A DNA stretch of 64,000 bases from a virus (IMGVR_UViG_3300042870_001427:100147-164146); one strand, 5' to 3'; positions 39,261-47,689 are shown, counted from the stretch's first letter. Notes: a model not told the origin generated them from the sequence alone. Program-made: numbers and translations.

Positions 39261-39807
39261 GAAGTGGATTGCATTCTTTAGTCAGACAGGTTCGGAGATA
39301 GTCAACCTATCTTATGCCCTGGGCGTCAAGCCAGACCTCATTGTTACTAATAACATGCTAGAGGATAAGTGGAAATACCATCCCGATCTCAGAACTATGG
39401 GTACTATCATGGCAGCCAAGCATGATAGGTTGATGGCTTATATGATGGATAACGTGATCTATAATCCAGATGATGTTATAATCACCCTCCATGGCTATCT
39501 TAGAATCATTCCAGCCGAGGTGTGTGGTAAGTATAAGATGCTCAATGGGCATCCAGGTGCAATCGATTTGTATCCAGATTTAAAAGGTAAGGATCCCCAG
39601 GAGAGAACATGGGAGAACAAAGGGAACTATAAGTTCTTAGGCAGCGTAGTACATGAGGTTGTACCAGAGGTAGATGCAGGTAAAATCATAAAGAGCGTTC
39701 ACCTTACCAATAATGCGATCTCATTAGAAGAAACATTTGCTATGTTAAAGAGCACATCCCTAGCGGCATGGATATTTGCAATGAAGGAAATGGGTATATG
39801 CGTATAG
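39253..39807 (+). CDS. Formyltransferase-family protein (PurN/Fmt-like catalytic domain); candidate DpdN-type deazaguanine formyltransferase.
   Basis: IAFFSQTGSEIVNL matches the PurN N-terminal iavliSGsGSNL motif. MLNGHPGAIDLYPDLKG matches the iNiHPSLLPxfxG motif, and HEVVPEVDAGKII matches the HxVxexvDxGpii motif. Confidence 0.5.
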   Translation: MAKKWIAFFSQTGSEIVNLSYALGVKPDLIVTNNMLEDKWKYHPDLRTMGTIMAAKHDRLMAYMMDNVIYNPDDVIITLHGYLRIIPAEVCGKYKMLNGHPGAIDLYPDLKGKDPQERTWENKGNYKFLGSVVHEVVPEVDAGKIIKSVHLTNNAISLEETFAMLKSTSLAAWIFAMKEMGICV

Positions 39808-40337
39808 GTATAACGGGTGCTCAATCAGTAGGTAAGACTACTCTATTGAATGCTTTACGTTCGGAGAAACTATTCTCTGAAAATAACTTTGTTATATGCG
39901 ATGAGGTTACTCGCCGGGTGAAGAGTTATGGGTTACCTATCAATGAGAGTGGGACTGATACAACCCAGCGCCTCATTATGAATGAGCATATCGTAAATGT
40001 ATTCATGCATGAAAGAATGCTTACCGATCGTACTGCATTGGATGGGTTGGTCTATACTACCTATTTGTATAAGCATGCAAAGGTCAATATGCAAACGGTT
40101 GCCTATGCTACTGAAGTGTTCAATAAGGTATGGAAGCAATACAATCACGTATTCTATATTGAGCCAGAATTTGATATAGTAGATGATGGAGTACGTAGTG
40201 TAGATATAGACTTTAGAAACGAGATAGCAGATATGTTTGAGTCTATTATCGTTAATAAGAAACTATCCATGCATCGAGTTAAAGGTTCTGTTCGTAACAG
40301 AGTCAATTCGATTATGGATTTACTAGAAGGAAGATAA
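39768..40337 (+). CDS. Deoxynucleoside-kinase-like P-loop kinase.
   Basis: Walker A motif GITGAQSVGKTTLLNAL, followed by HERMLTDRTALDGLVY, which resembles the dNK ERSxxSDR motif. Confidence 0.5.
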   Translation: MDICNEGNGYMRIGITGAQSVGKTTLLNALRSEKLFSENNFVICDEVTRRVKSYGLPINESGTDTTQRLIMNEHIVNVFMHERMLTDRTALDGLVYTTYLYKHAKVNMQTVAYATEVFNKVWKQYNHVFYIEPEFDIVDDGVRSVDIDFRNEIADMFESIIVNKKLSMHRVKGSVRNRVNSIMDLLEGR

Positions 40338-41260
40338 TGAATAATCAAGATGAATTAAATAAACTAGTATCCGTTCACCTGGGTAAAGCCGGTGATGGTA
40401 CTGTAGTTAAACCATATGTAACACCAGATGAAGTCGATCCAAGCCTTCTAGTATCTGTACCCCGTTCACTTAATCGTGAACAGTATGGTATTGAGGAAGG
40501 TAACTTGCCCTTTGCTGGATGTGATGCATGGAATGCATATGAGTTTTCTACTCTATTGAAGAACGGGTTCCCTGTATCGGGTTGGCTTAAGTTCTCTTAC
40601 AGTTCCAGCACACCCAATATTGTAGAGAGTAAGTCAGTTAAGTTGTATCTTAACTCCTATAACATGGCATGTGTTGTAGAAGAGCTGCAAGACCTTTGGA
40701 GGTTAGAGGACAAGATTGCCGCCGATCTATCAAGGGCTGTTGGTGGGGAGGTTGACGTCTGTCTGTTCCTAGGTGATGTAGATACAACACGCCCGATCAT
40801 TGGCGATTTTACAGCACTAGAAACATACTGTAATGTAGGTGGTATGGAGTTCAATAACTATAACGAGAGTGCAGATATTCTTGAAGTGGTTCCAAGCATA
40901 GGTAGATACGAGAGATGGCGTTCGAACTCACTTCGTTCCAATTGCCGAGTTACTAATCAACCGGACTGGGGCGATGTATACATTCACATCAAGGGCGATC
41001 AATCAGTAACACCCGAATCGTTACTCCGATATATTATCTCTATGAGACGTGAGAATCATTTCCATGAAGAGATTTGTGAATGTATTTACAAGCGTATTAA
41101 AGACTTAATCAATCCTAAAGAGTTGTTTGTAGCATGTCTGTATACACGCCGGGGTGGTATTGATATTAATCCAGTACGTGCAACTGATAGCCGACTCATG
41201 CATGTATACGGTTCAATTGTTAACGCAGGGCTTCCTTGCACTAAAACGGCGAGACAATAA
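40337..41260 (+). CDS. queF: NADPH-dependent 7-cyano-7-deazaguanine reductase QueF-like (bimodular YqcD type).
   Basis: The QueF motif VESKSVKLYLNSY (E-S/L-K-S-x-K-L-Y) is present. The catalytic Cys motif CRVTNQPDWG matches CPVTGQPDF. Size is 307 aa. Confidence 0.8.
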   Translation: MNNQDELNKLVSVHLGKAGDGTVVKPYVTPDEVDPSLLVSVPRSLNREQYGIEEGNLPFAGCDAWNAYEFSTLLKNGFPVSGWLKFSYSSSTPNIVESKSVKLYLNSYNMACVVEELQDLWRLEDKIAADLSRAVGGEVDVCLFLGDVDTTRPIIGDFTALETYCNVGGMEFNNYNESADILEVVPSIGRYERWRSNSLRSNCRVTNQPDWGDVYIHIKGDQSVTPESLLRYIISMRRENHFHEEICECIYKRIKDLINPKELFVACLYTRRGGIDINPVRATDSRLMHVYGSIVNAGLPCTKTARQ

Positions 41261-41496
41261 TGGAATTTGAAACACAGCCTATTGATAAGAATGTAGAAGC
41301 CGTTCGTAAGTTACTTTGGCAGCGTATGGGCGCAGGGTATGCAAAGTACGGCACCACTACTGAACGAACTGATATTGATATGTTAGGATGGCTACAGCAC
41401 CTACAAGAAGAACTGTTAGATGCTGCAGTATATGTTGAAAGGTTAAAAGATGAACTTAGAACAAGCGCTAGCAAAGCTCCCAGAAACGCCATTTAA
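41260..41496 (+). CDS. Hypothetical protein (78 aa), overlapping the queC start.
   Basis: ORF coupled at TAATGG. Its 3' end overlaps queC by about 47 nt, so the call is uncertain. Confidence 0.3.
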   Translation: MEFETQPIDKNVEAVRKLLWQRMGAGYAKYGTTTERTDIDMLGWLQHLQEELLDAAVYVERLKDELRTSASKAPRNAI

Positions 41497-42199
41497 TGTT
41501 GTATCGGTCCTATCTGGAGGACTTGATTCAACTATCCTCACCTATATCTTAGTTAAGAAGTATGGTAAGGATAGAGTGTTCGCACTCTCATATGACTATG
41601 GACAAAAGCAGGTACGTGAATTGGCTATGGCAGCAGCTACTTGTAGTCACTTAAACATACCACATAAGATTTTACATCTTGGCATCCTTGGTGATATTGT
41701 AAAGAACGTATCTGCTAACATTGGCGGTACAAGTGTTGCAATGCCAACGATCAAAGACGTGCTTGGTGACCCACAACCAAAGACGTACGTGCCGTTTCGT
41801 AATATGATCCTTAACTCACTGGCATTCTCATTCGCGGAATCTAATAAGGCATCTCATGTCTTTACCGGCTTGCAGGTGCATGACGAATATGGCTACTGGG
41901 ATACATCTCAACGCTTTGTCGATAGTATGAATGCTGTTGCCGAACAAAACCGTTCGCATAAGGTTAGACTGGAGGCACCATTCTCTACCCTATCCAAGTA
42001 CGATGAGTTGATGATTGCCAACGAGCTGGGCAATGTCGAGCTATCATATACCTTGACATGCTATAACCCAGACTCGGCAGGTAAGAGTTGTGGTAAGTGT
42101 CCTTCATGTAGTGAACGTATTGCCAACTTTGCCAAAGCTGGCATTAAAGATCCAATTCCGTATAATGTTGATATACCTTGGGACAAGTTAATTAAATAA
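41450..42199 (+). CDS. queC: 7-cyano-7-deazaguanine synthase QueC-like.
   Basis: PP-loop motif VVSVLSGGLDSTI and C-terminal zinc cluster CYNP…CGKCPSCSER are present. Size is 249 aa. Confidence 0.85.
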   Translation: MNLEQALAKLPETPFNVVSVLSGGLDSTILTYILVKKYGKDRVFALSYDYGQKQVRELAMAAATCSHLNIPHKILHLGILGDIVKNVSANIGGTSVAMPTIKDVLGDPQPKTYVPFRNMILNSLAFSFAESNKASHVFTGLQVHDEYGYWDTSQRFVDSMNAVAEQNRSHKVRLEAPFSTLSKYDELMIANELGNVELSYTLTCYNPDSAGKSCGKCPSCSERIANFAKAGIKDPIPYNVDIPWDKLIK

Positions 42200-42828
42200 T
42201 GTGTGCAATTATAGGATCGTTTAATAAAGACAAACTGATTGAGTTGATAGATCTTAATAGCTATCGAGGCAGTCATTCGTTTTCTTTTTCTGTTATACCG
42301 TTGCATGGTGACTTACATGTGATGGTTAAAGGAATGGGCACATTAGATAAAAACTTACTTGATCTAATACAGGATGGGGGCTATGGTATCGTTCACATAC
42401 AGGCGCCAACTACAGAGGCAAAAGACTTTGATAGTGTTCATCCGGCAAGGGAGTGGTTTACTGCTCTCTGGCATAACGGTATCATAAAGGCAAATTATGT
42501 TAAAGAGATGCAAGCACGCTTTGGCAACGATACGAACTGGGATACGCAATTGTTACTTCGAGCTGTCAATACGTCTAGAGATGAAATTAACAACGTGGAC
42601 GGATCTTTTAGTTGTCTGTGGTATGACGGGGCTGGAGCTTATCTTTTTAGGAATGATATTAGCCCTATGTTCTTCGATAATGAGTTAAACATTTCATCAA
42701 CGAAGTTTGAAGGTAGTATACCAACACCACCAAATAAGTTTTTGTTTATGGACTTTGAGACCAAGGCGCTATATAATAGAGGTGAGTTTAAAACGGTAGA
42801 AAATCCGTACTATTTTGGAGATGATTAA
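42199..42828 (+). CDS. Class-II (Ntn) glutamine amidotransferase-like protein, stand-alone, adjacent to queC.
   Basis: It begins MCAIIG, and Cys2 is the hallmark Ntn nucleophile of GATase-2 / asparagine-synthase N-domains. Its start overlaps the queC stop (TAATGTG). Confidence 0.55.
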   Translation: MCAIIGSFNKDKLIELIDLNSYRGSHSFSFSVIPLHGDLHVMVKGMGTLDKNLLDLIQDGGYGIVHIQAPTTEAKDFDSVHPAREWFTALWHNGIIKANYVKEMQARFGNDTNWDTQLLLRAVNTSRDEINNVDGSFSCLWYDGAGAYLFRNDISPMFFDNELNISSTKFEGSIPTPPNKFLFMDFETKALYNRGEFKTVENPYYFGDD

Positions 42829-42830
42829 GC

Positions 42831-43331
42831 ATGAAGCATATCTTAGGACCAGATTCAAGGTCTACCCTAACTGCTGTCCAAGAAGGCGACAGCCAACCCA
42901 ACGCCATTGACCTAAGGGTCGACAAAGTATTCAAAGTTAATGATGGACTATTCGAAGTATCAAACGAACACAAAAAGCACAGAGGATCAATCGAGATCAA
43001 ACCTGACTTGGAAGGATACTTTAACCTACCCATCGGCCATTACGAGGTCGTTATGGAGAACATTATCAGTGTGGGACAAGGCGAGGCAGGATGGGTCATT
43101 ACCCGCAGCACTCTTAACCGTAACGGTCTTTTTCTTACATCTGGCTTGTACGATAGCGGCTATCATGGTGCTATGGCCGGTATGCTTCACGTTACAATTG
43201 GCCAGGCTAGGATTAAAAAGGGTACGAGGATAGGACAGTATTTAAGTTTTGATGCAGAGTCATTAGGAATGTATGATGGTGACTATGGTATTAATAAAGA
43301 GCATGATAAAAAATATGGAGTAACACAATGA
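42831..43331 (+). CDS. dCTP deaminase/dUTPase-fold protein.
   Basis: NAIDLRV and GLYDSGYHGAMAGMLHV match the dUTPase/DCD motifs (xIDLR, GxIDxGYxG). Confidence 0.55.
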   Translation: MKHILGPDSRSTLTAVQEGDSQPNAIDLRVDKVFKVNDGLFEVSNEHKKHRGSIEIKPDLEGYFNLPIGHYEVVMENIISVGQGEAGWVITRSTLNRNGLFLTSGLYDSGYHGAMAGMLHVTIGQARIKKGTRIGQYLSFDAESLGMYDGDYGINKEHDKKYGVTQ

Positions 43332-44173
43332 AAATAGAAGTACAGATTGCAGAATTACAGAAGAAGAAACTCTTCGTTGCCACACCCATGTACGGGGGTC
43401 AGTGCGCTGGTATGTATTGCCGTTCAGTTGCTGACTTGTCTGCATTCTGCGCCAAGTACAACATCCCCTTACAGCTTTACTATCTCTTTAATGAGTCGTT
43501 GATCACCCGGGCACGTAACTATTGTGTGGATGAGTTCATGCGCAGTGATGCTACTCACTTGATGTTTATTGATAGTGATATTGGCTTTAACCCCCAAGAC
43601 GTTATCGCCTTGATGGCGTTGATGACAGACGAGAGTGACTATGACGTCATTGGCGGTCCATATCCTAAGAAATGTATCAGCTGGGAGAAGATTAAACTGG
43701 CTGTTGATAAGGGTGTAGCTGACGAGGATGCTAACCTATTAGAGAAATACGTAGGTGACTATGTGTTTAATCCTAAAGGTGGGCAGAAGGAGATCCCATT
43801 AGGTGAGCCTGTAGAGGTGTTAGAAATTGGTACCGGGTTCATGATGGTACGCAAAGAAACATTCACCAAGTATGCAGCTGCCTATCCTGAGCTGAGCTAC
43901 AAACCCGATCACGTTCGTACAGAGCACTTCGATGGTAGTAGAGAGATCCATGCATACTTTGATTGTATCATTGATCCTGAAAGCAAACGTTATCTGTCTG
44001 AGGACTATAACTTCTGTTATCATGCCCAGAAAATTGGATTGAGAGTCTGGTTCTGTCCTTGGATGCAACTCCAGCACGTTGGTAGTTATATCTTCGGTGG
44101 TAGCTTGGCTGACCTGGCAACCATTGGTGCCTCTGCTACTGCTGACTCTAGTCAATTGAAAAAGAAAAAGTAA
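43328..44173 (+). CDS. Glycosyltransferase-like protein (GT-A fold, DxD).
   Basis: LFVATPMYGG…LITRARN…HLMFIDSDIGF gives a Rossmann-like N-terminal region with a DSD metal motif. Confidence 0.45.
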   Translation: MKIEVQIAELQKKKLFVATPMYGGQCAGMYCRSVADLSAFCAKYNIPLQLYYLFNESLITRARNYCVDEFMRSDATHLMFIDSDIGFNPQDVIALMALMTDESDYDVIGGPYPKKCISWEKIKLAVDKGVADEDANLLEKYVGDYVFNPKGGQKEIPLGEPVEVLEIGTGFMMVRKETFTKYAAAYPELSYKPDHVRTEHFDGSREIHAYFDCIIDPESKRYLSEDYNFCYHAQKIGLRVWFCPWMQLQHVGSYIFGGSLADLATIGASATADSSQLKKKK

Positions 44174-44188
44174 ACTGAAAGTTATATT

Positions 44189-44848
44189 ATGAAATTAGAA
44201 TCAAGAACGATTCAAATATTGAAAAGCTTTTCCTCTATCAATCCTTCAATGGCATTTAGACCCGGGAGCACCCTTAGTACGGTCTCCCCTCTTAAGACCG
44301 TTATGGCAAAGGCAACTATTGGGGAGGTCATTCCTAGTAGCTTTGCCATCTATGATCTGTCTAAGTTTCTTGGGGTACTTTCTCTCTTTGAATCACCTCA
44401 ATTGACCATTGGTGATAGGAGTATGGACATTGCCGGAGGCCATCAAAGGGTGAGCTATACCTTTGCTGCCGAGAACATGATCGTATCTCCTAGCGACAAA
44501 GAAGTAAAGATGCCCGATAGTGAGATACAATTCAGATTCACTACTGATGATCTGTCTAAGGTTATGAAGGCAATGGGGGTGTTGCAGTTACCAGAGATCG
44601 CCGTTACCGGGGACGGATCTAGCATGCACATTGAAGCTATCGACTCAAAGAACCCATCGAGTGATAACTATAAAGTTCGTCTGGGTGATACCTCTCTTAC
44701 CTTCAAGATGATTTTTAAATCAGAAAATATTAAAATTATGCCAGGTGACTATGATGTGCAGATATCATCTAAGGGTATTGCATATTTTAAGGGTACTGAT
44801 GTTGAGTACTGGATTGCAACTGAGGCATCTAGTACATTTGAACAATGA
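44189..44848 (+). CDS. gp45: Sliding clamp gp45-like.
   Basis: MKLESRTIQILKSFSSIN…FAIYDLSKFLGVLSLF parallels T4 gp45 (MKLSKDTTALLKNFATINSG…VAIYDLNGFLGILSLV). Size is 219 aa. Confidence 0.8.
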   Translation: MKLESRTIQILKSFSSINPSMAFRPGSTLSTVSPLKTVMAKATIGEVIPSSFAIYDLSKFLGVLSLFESPQLTIGDRSMDIAGGHQRVSYTFAAENMIVSPSDKEVKMPDSEIQFRFTTDDLSKVMKAMGVLQLPEIAVTGDGSSMHIEAIDSKNPSSDNYKVRLGDTSLTFKMIFKSENIKIMPGDYDVQISSKGIAYFKGTDVEYWIATEASSTFEQ

Positions 44849-45072
44849 AGAACAACCTACTCATCATCACCTACCTCATCTACTGTATAGTATATGAATT
44901 GATGGTGTGGGGTGGGGGTATGTACATTATTCTAAATTATGATTGGTCTGCATGGTGGATAGTATTCATTGCTATCCTATCTGGATCACAAATTAAACCT
45001 GAAAACTGGCGAAACTTATATTATGATGAATCACTTCCTATGGGTGGAAAAATATCGGCCACAGACAATTGA
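44845..45072 (+). CDS. Possible small hydrophobic protein overlapping the gp45/gp44 junction.
   Basis: 75-aa ORF with two hydrophobic stretches. It starts at the ATGA overlapping the gp45 stop and overlaps the gp44 start in another frame, so the call is weak. Confidence 0.2.
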   Translation: MKNNLLIITYLIYCIVYELMVWGGGMYIILNYDWSAWWIVFIAILSGSQIKPENWRNLYYDESLPMGGKISATDN

Positions 45073-45961
45073 GGATGCGATCTTACCGGAAGATCTAAAG
45101 AAGACCTTCCAACAATTTGTAGATGATGGGAGCGTTCCTAATCTACTACTGACCGGGCGCGCAGGCATTGGTAAGACGACTGTAGCACGTGCCATGCTCG
45201 AACAACTCGATTGTGACTACATCGTCATTAACGGGTCGATGAATGGTAATATTGATACTTTGCGTAACGAGATAAAGGCATTCGCCTCTTCTGTCTCCTT
45301 ACAAGGCGGGCGCAAATATGTTATCTTAGATGAGGCTGACTATCTTAACCCCAACAGCACTCAACCCGCCCTCCGTAACTTCATGGAAGAGTTTAGTAAG
45401 AATTGTGGCTTCATCCTTACATGCAATTTTAAGAATCGTATCATTGAACCTCTACATTCTCGCTGCAGTGTGGTTGAGTTTAAGATCGAGGGCAAAGACA
45501 AATCAAAGATGGCTATGCAATTCCTCAGCAGGGTATGTGGCATCCTTGATGGAGAGGGTGTGGAGTATGATAAAAAGGTTCTAGCTGAGTTAATCATTAA
45601 GTTCATACCTGATTGGAGAAGGGTACTCAATGAGTTGCAAAGGTATGCTGCAACTGGCAAGATCGATACTGGCATCCTATCTAACTTCCATGACGATAAC
45701 GTTCGTAACTTGATCAAGCTATTGAAGGAGAAGAACTTTACCGATATGCGTAAGTGGGTTGGGTCCAATAGCGATATCGATAGCGCATCGTTCTTTCGTA
45801 AGTTGTATGATGTGGCAGCTGAGTACCTAACACCTAACACCATTCCCATCTTGGTGCTTAAGATTGCTGACTATCAATACAAATCGGCCTTTGTTGCCGA
45901 TCAAGAGATCAATATGGCTGCCTGTCTGACTGAACTGATGGTTGAATGTGAATTTAAATGA
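45023..45961 (+). CDS. gp44: Clamp loader large subunit gp44-like (AAA+).
   Basis: WVEKYRPQTIEDAILPED, Walker A motif LLLTGRAGIGKTT, DEAD box motif ILDEAD and sensor motif LTCN are present. The start was chosen at MMNHF (45023); the ORF track's first in-frame Met (44969) is the alternative. Confidence 0.8.
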   Translation: MMNHFLWVEKYRPQTIEDAILPEDLKKTFQQFVDDGSVPNLLLTGRAGIGKTTVARAMLEQLDCDYIVINGSMNGNIDTLRNEIKAFASSVSLQGGRKYVILDEADYLNPNSTQPALRNFMEEFSKNCGFILTCNFKNRIIEPLHSRCSVVEFKIEGKDKSKMAMQFLSRVCGILDGEGVEYDKKVLAELIIKFIPDWRRVLNELQRYAATGKIDTGILSNFHDDNVRNLIKLLKEKNFTDMRKWVGSNSDIDSASFFRKLYDVAAEYLTPNTIPILVLKIADYQYKSAFVADQEINMAACLTELMVECEFK

Positions 45962-46128
45962 GATCACTTTGGTCACTCTGGGCTAAGGCTTTAGGTGAGA
46001 AAGCATCACCTGATAATAATGTGGTTGCAGACAGAGTTGCAATCATTCGTACTTTGATAGTATTATCATACATCATCACAAATTGTTTCATTGTCGCCGG
46101 TGTCATCCGGCATTGGTAAGGAGTTAGA

Positions 46129-46572
46129 ATGAATGGACGTAGAAATTTTGTTAAGGGCTTTGGTCTGCTCTCTGCTGCTCTTGCAGGGGGTGTTGCTGCT
46201 GGTGCACAAGGTAGAGATGCCTCAATGGGCAGCCCCGTTGTATCTAATCCTAATATCACTCCTGCTATCCCGCCCATTGATCCTTCCATACTTGCCCAGT
46301 TAGAGGAAGAATCAACTAATCTATGTCTGAATAGAAGTTATGGTGAGATAGCACCTCCTGAGCCCCAGCCCTCAGGCCATTATTTTTTTAGCGGATCATC
46401 CGGGGAGGAGGTAATGAGGCTTAGTTCAGATGGTGGGTTAATGATTGGAGGGTCTAGAAAGAAGTTTGTGCCAGGGACAGAGAATCAGGTGAGTGTTAAG
46501 ATGGCACCAGGTCCTGATGGTGAGTTATACCTCAACATCAAAGGCAAATGGAAGAGGGTGCTTACGACATGA
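46129..46572 (+). CDS. Exported protein with a twin-arginine-like signal peptide (147 aa).
   Basis: A strong ribosome-binding site (GGTAAGGAG) lies upstream. The N-terminus reads MNGRRNFVKGFGLLSAALAGGVAAGAQG (RRxFVK followed by an h-region and AxA). The mature part is Pro-rich. Confidence 0.5.
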   Translation: MNGRRNFVKGFGLLSAALAGGVAAGAQGRDASMGSPVVSNPNITPAIPPIDPSILAQLEEESTNLCLNRSYGEIAPPEPQPSGHYFFSGSSGEEVMRLSSDGGLMIGGSRKKFVPGTENQVSVKMAPGPDGELYLNIKGKWKRVLTT

Positions 46573-46856
46573 TAGAACTGTTTAGACCAACTTTTGATTG
46601 GATTAAAGATGATTATGCTTCTAATCGCATTCGTTTTACTGTTGAGTTGTTGGCTTGGGCTATTAGTATTGGGTGCTCAATTACTATGGCAACTACCGTA
46701 CCTACTCCACCTCTTCTCACTCTGTATCCTATATGGATTGTTGGTTGTGCTATGTACGCTTGGGCTGCTTATACTCGGCAATCATTTGGGATGCTTGCTA
46801 ACTACATCCTGCTCACATCTATTGATACCATTGGCCTTATAAGGATGTTGACGTGA
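46548..46856 (+). CDS. Small integral membrane protein (102 aa, about 3 TM segments).
   Basis: Hydrophobic segments LLAWAISIGCSITMA, LYPIWIVGCAMYAWAAY and LANYILLTSIDTIGL are present. It is coupled to the preceding gene. Confidence 0.4.
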   Translation: MEEGAYDMIELFRPTFDWIKDDYASNRIRFTVELLAWAISIGCSITMATTVPTPPLLTLYPIWIVGCAMYAWAAYTRQSFGMLANYILLTSIDTIGLIRMLT

Positions 46857-47275
46857 ACCCATTTGACTATGTAACCTCCATCAGTCACAGCAAGGCCGAT
46901 CTGATGACCGATGAGTTGGAGGAGAAGAGTTACCCAGCCTTCTTAGTCAATAAAGGACTATCCTACTTTACCGATACCATTCTTTATGCCAATGAGATGA
47001 ACCAGCGTGGCCAACTCGATAACAGACTTCAATATTCCTATCTCCTAAATAGTATAAGACCGGCAAAGAGATTTGCCAAATGGGTCAAGAGAGAAGATAG
47101 TAATGATCTGGATGCTGTTAAAGAATACTATGGCTATAGCAATGAAAAAGCCTCGCATGCACTAAGCATACTATCATCTGATGAACTCGGCATGATAAAA
47201 GAACAATTACAAAGAGGTGGGGTACATGAGTCTGGTAGACAATCTAATCGAGGTGCACCTAAAGAACGAAGATGA
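46853..47275 (+). CDS. gp62: Clamp loader small subunit gp62-like.
   Basis: NSIRPAKRFAKWVKREDSNDLDAVKEYYG parallels T4 gp62 (AAVPRGKRYGKWAKLVEDSTEVL). It sits in the T4 position before regA. Confidence 0.55.
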   Translation: MNPFDYVTSISHSKADLMTDELEEKSYPAFLVNKGLSYFTDTILYANEMNQRGQLDNRLQYSYLLNSIRPAKRFAKWVKREDSNDLDAVKEYYGYSNEKASHALSILSSDELGMIKEQLQRGGVHESGRQSNRGAPKERR

Positions 47276-47624
47276 TTTCCTTAAAGTTAGAGAGACTCTG
47301 ACCAGGATTGGGGTTGCCTCTAAGAAGGACAAGATGCTCTACCAATCTTGCCATATCCTCCACAAACAAGGCAAGTACTACATTGTTCATTTCAAAGAAC
47401 TATTTCTCCTAGACGGGAAGCCATCCAGCTTTGGTGAGGAAGATGTAGGAAGACGGAACACCATCACCAACTTGCTTGCCGAATGGGGATTGATTGACAT
47501 AGTTGATCCTACCAAGACAAAGGAACCAATCGCCCTCCTATCCCAGATCAAAGTCCTTCCATACAAAGAGAAGGAAGAGTGGAATCTAGTCGCCAAATAC
47601 AATATAGGACGTAAGATTAACTGA
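47226..47624 (+). CDS. regA: Translational repressor RegA-like.
   Basis: EDDFLKVRETLTRIGVASKKDKMLYQSCHILHKQGKYYIVHFKELF…WGLIDIV is nearly collinear with T4 RegA (EDFLKVKETLTRMGIANNKDKVLYQSCHILQKKGLYYIVHFKEML…WGLIEIV). Confidence 0.88.
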   Translation: MSLVDNLIEVHLKNEDDFLKVRETLTRIGVASKKDKMLYQSCHILHKQGKYYIVHFKELFLLDGKPSSFGEEDVGRRNTITNLLAEWGLIDIVDPTKTKEPIALLSQIKVLPYKEKEEWNLVAKYNIGRKIN

Positions 47625-47627
47625 ACA

Positions 47628-47652
47628 AAGCCACTGTAGAGTGGCTTTTTTT
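47628..47652 (+). terminator. Rho-independent terminator after regA.
   Basis: Hairpin AGCCACT-gtag-AGTGGCT followed by TTTTTTT. Confidence 0.7.
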
Positions 47653-47689
47653 ATGGATAGCTGGTATAATTCATGTACACTTAGGAGAG

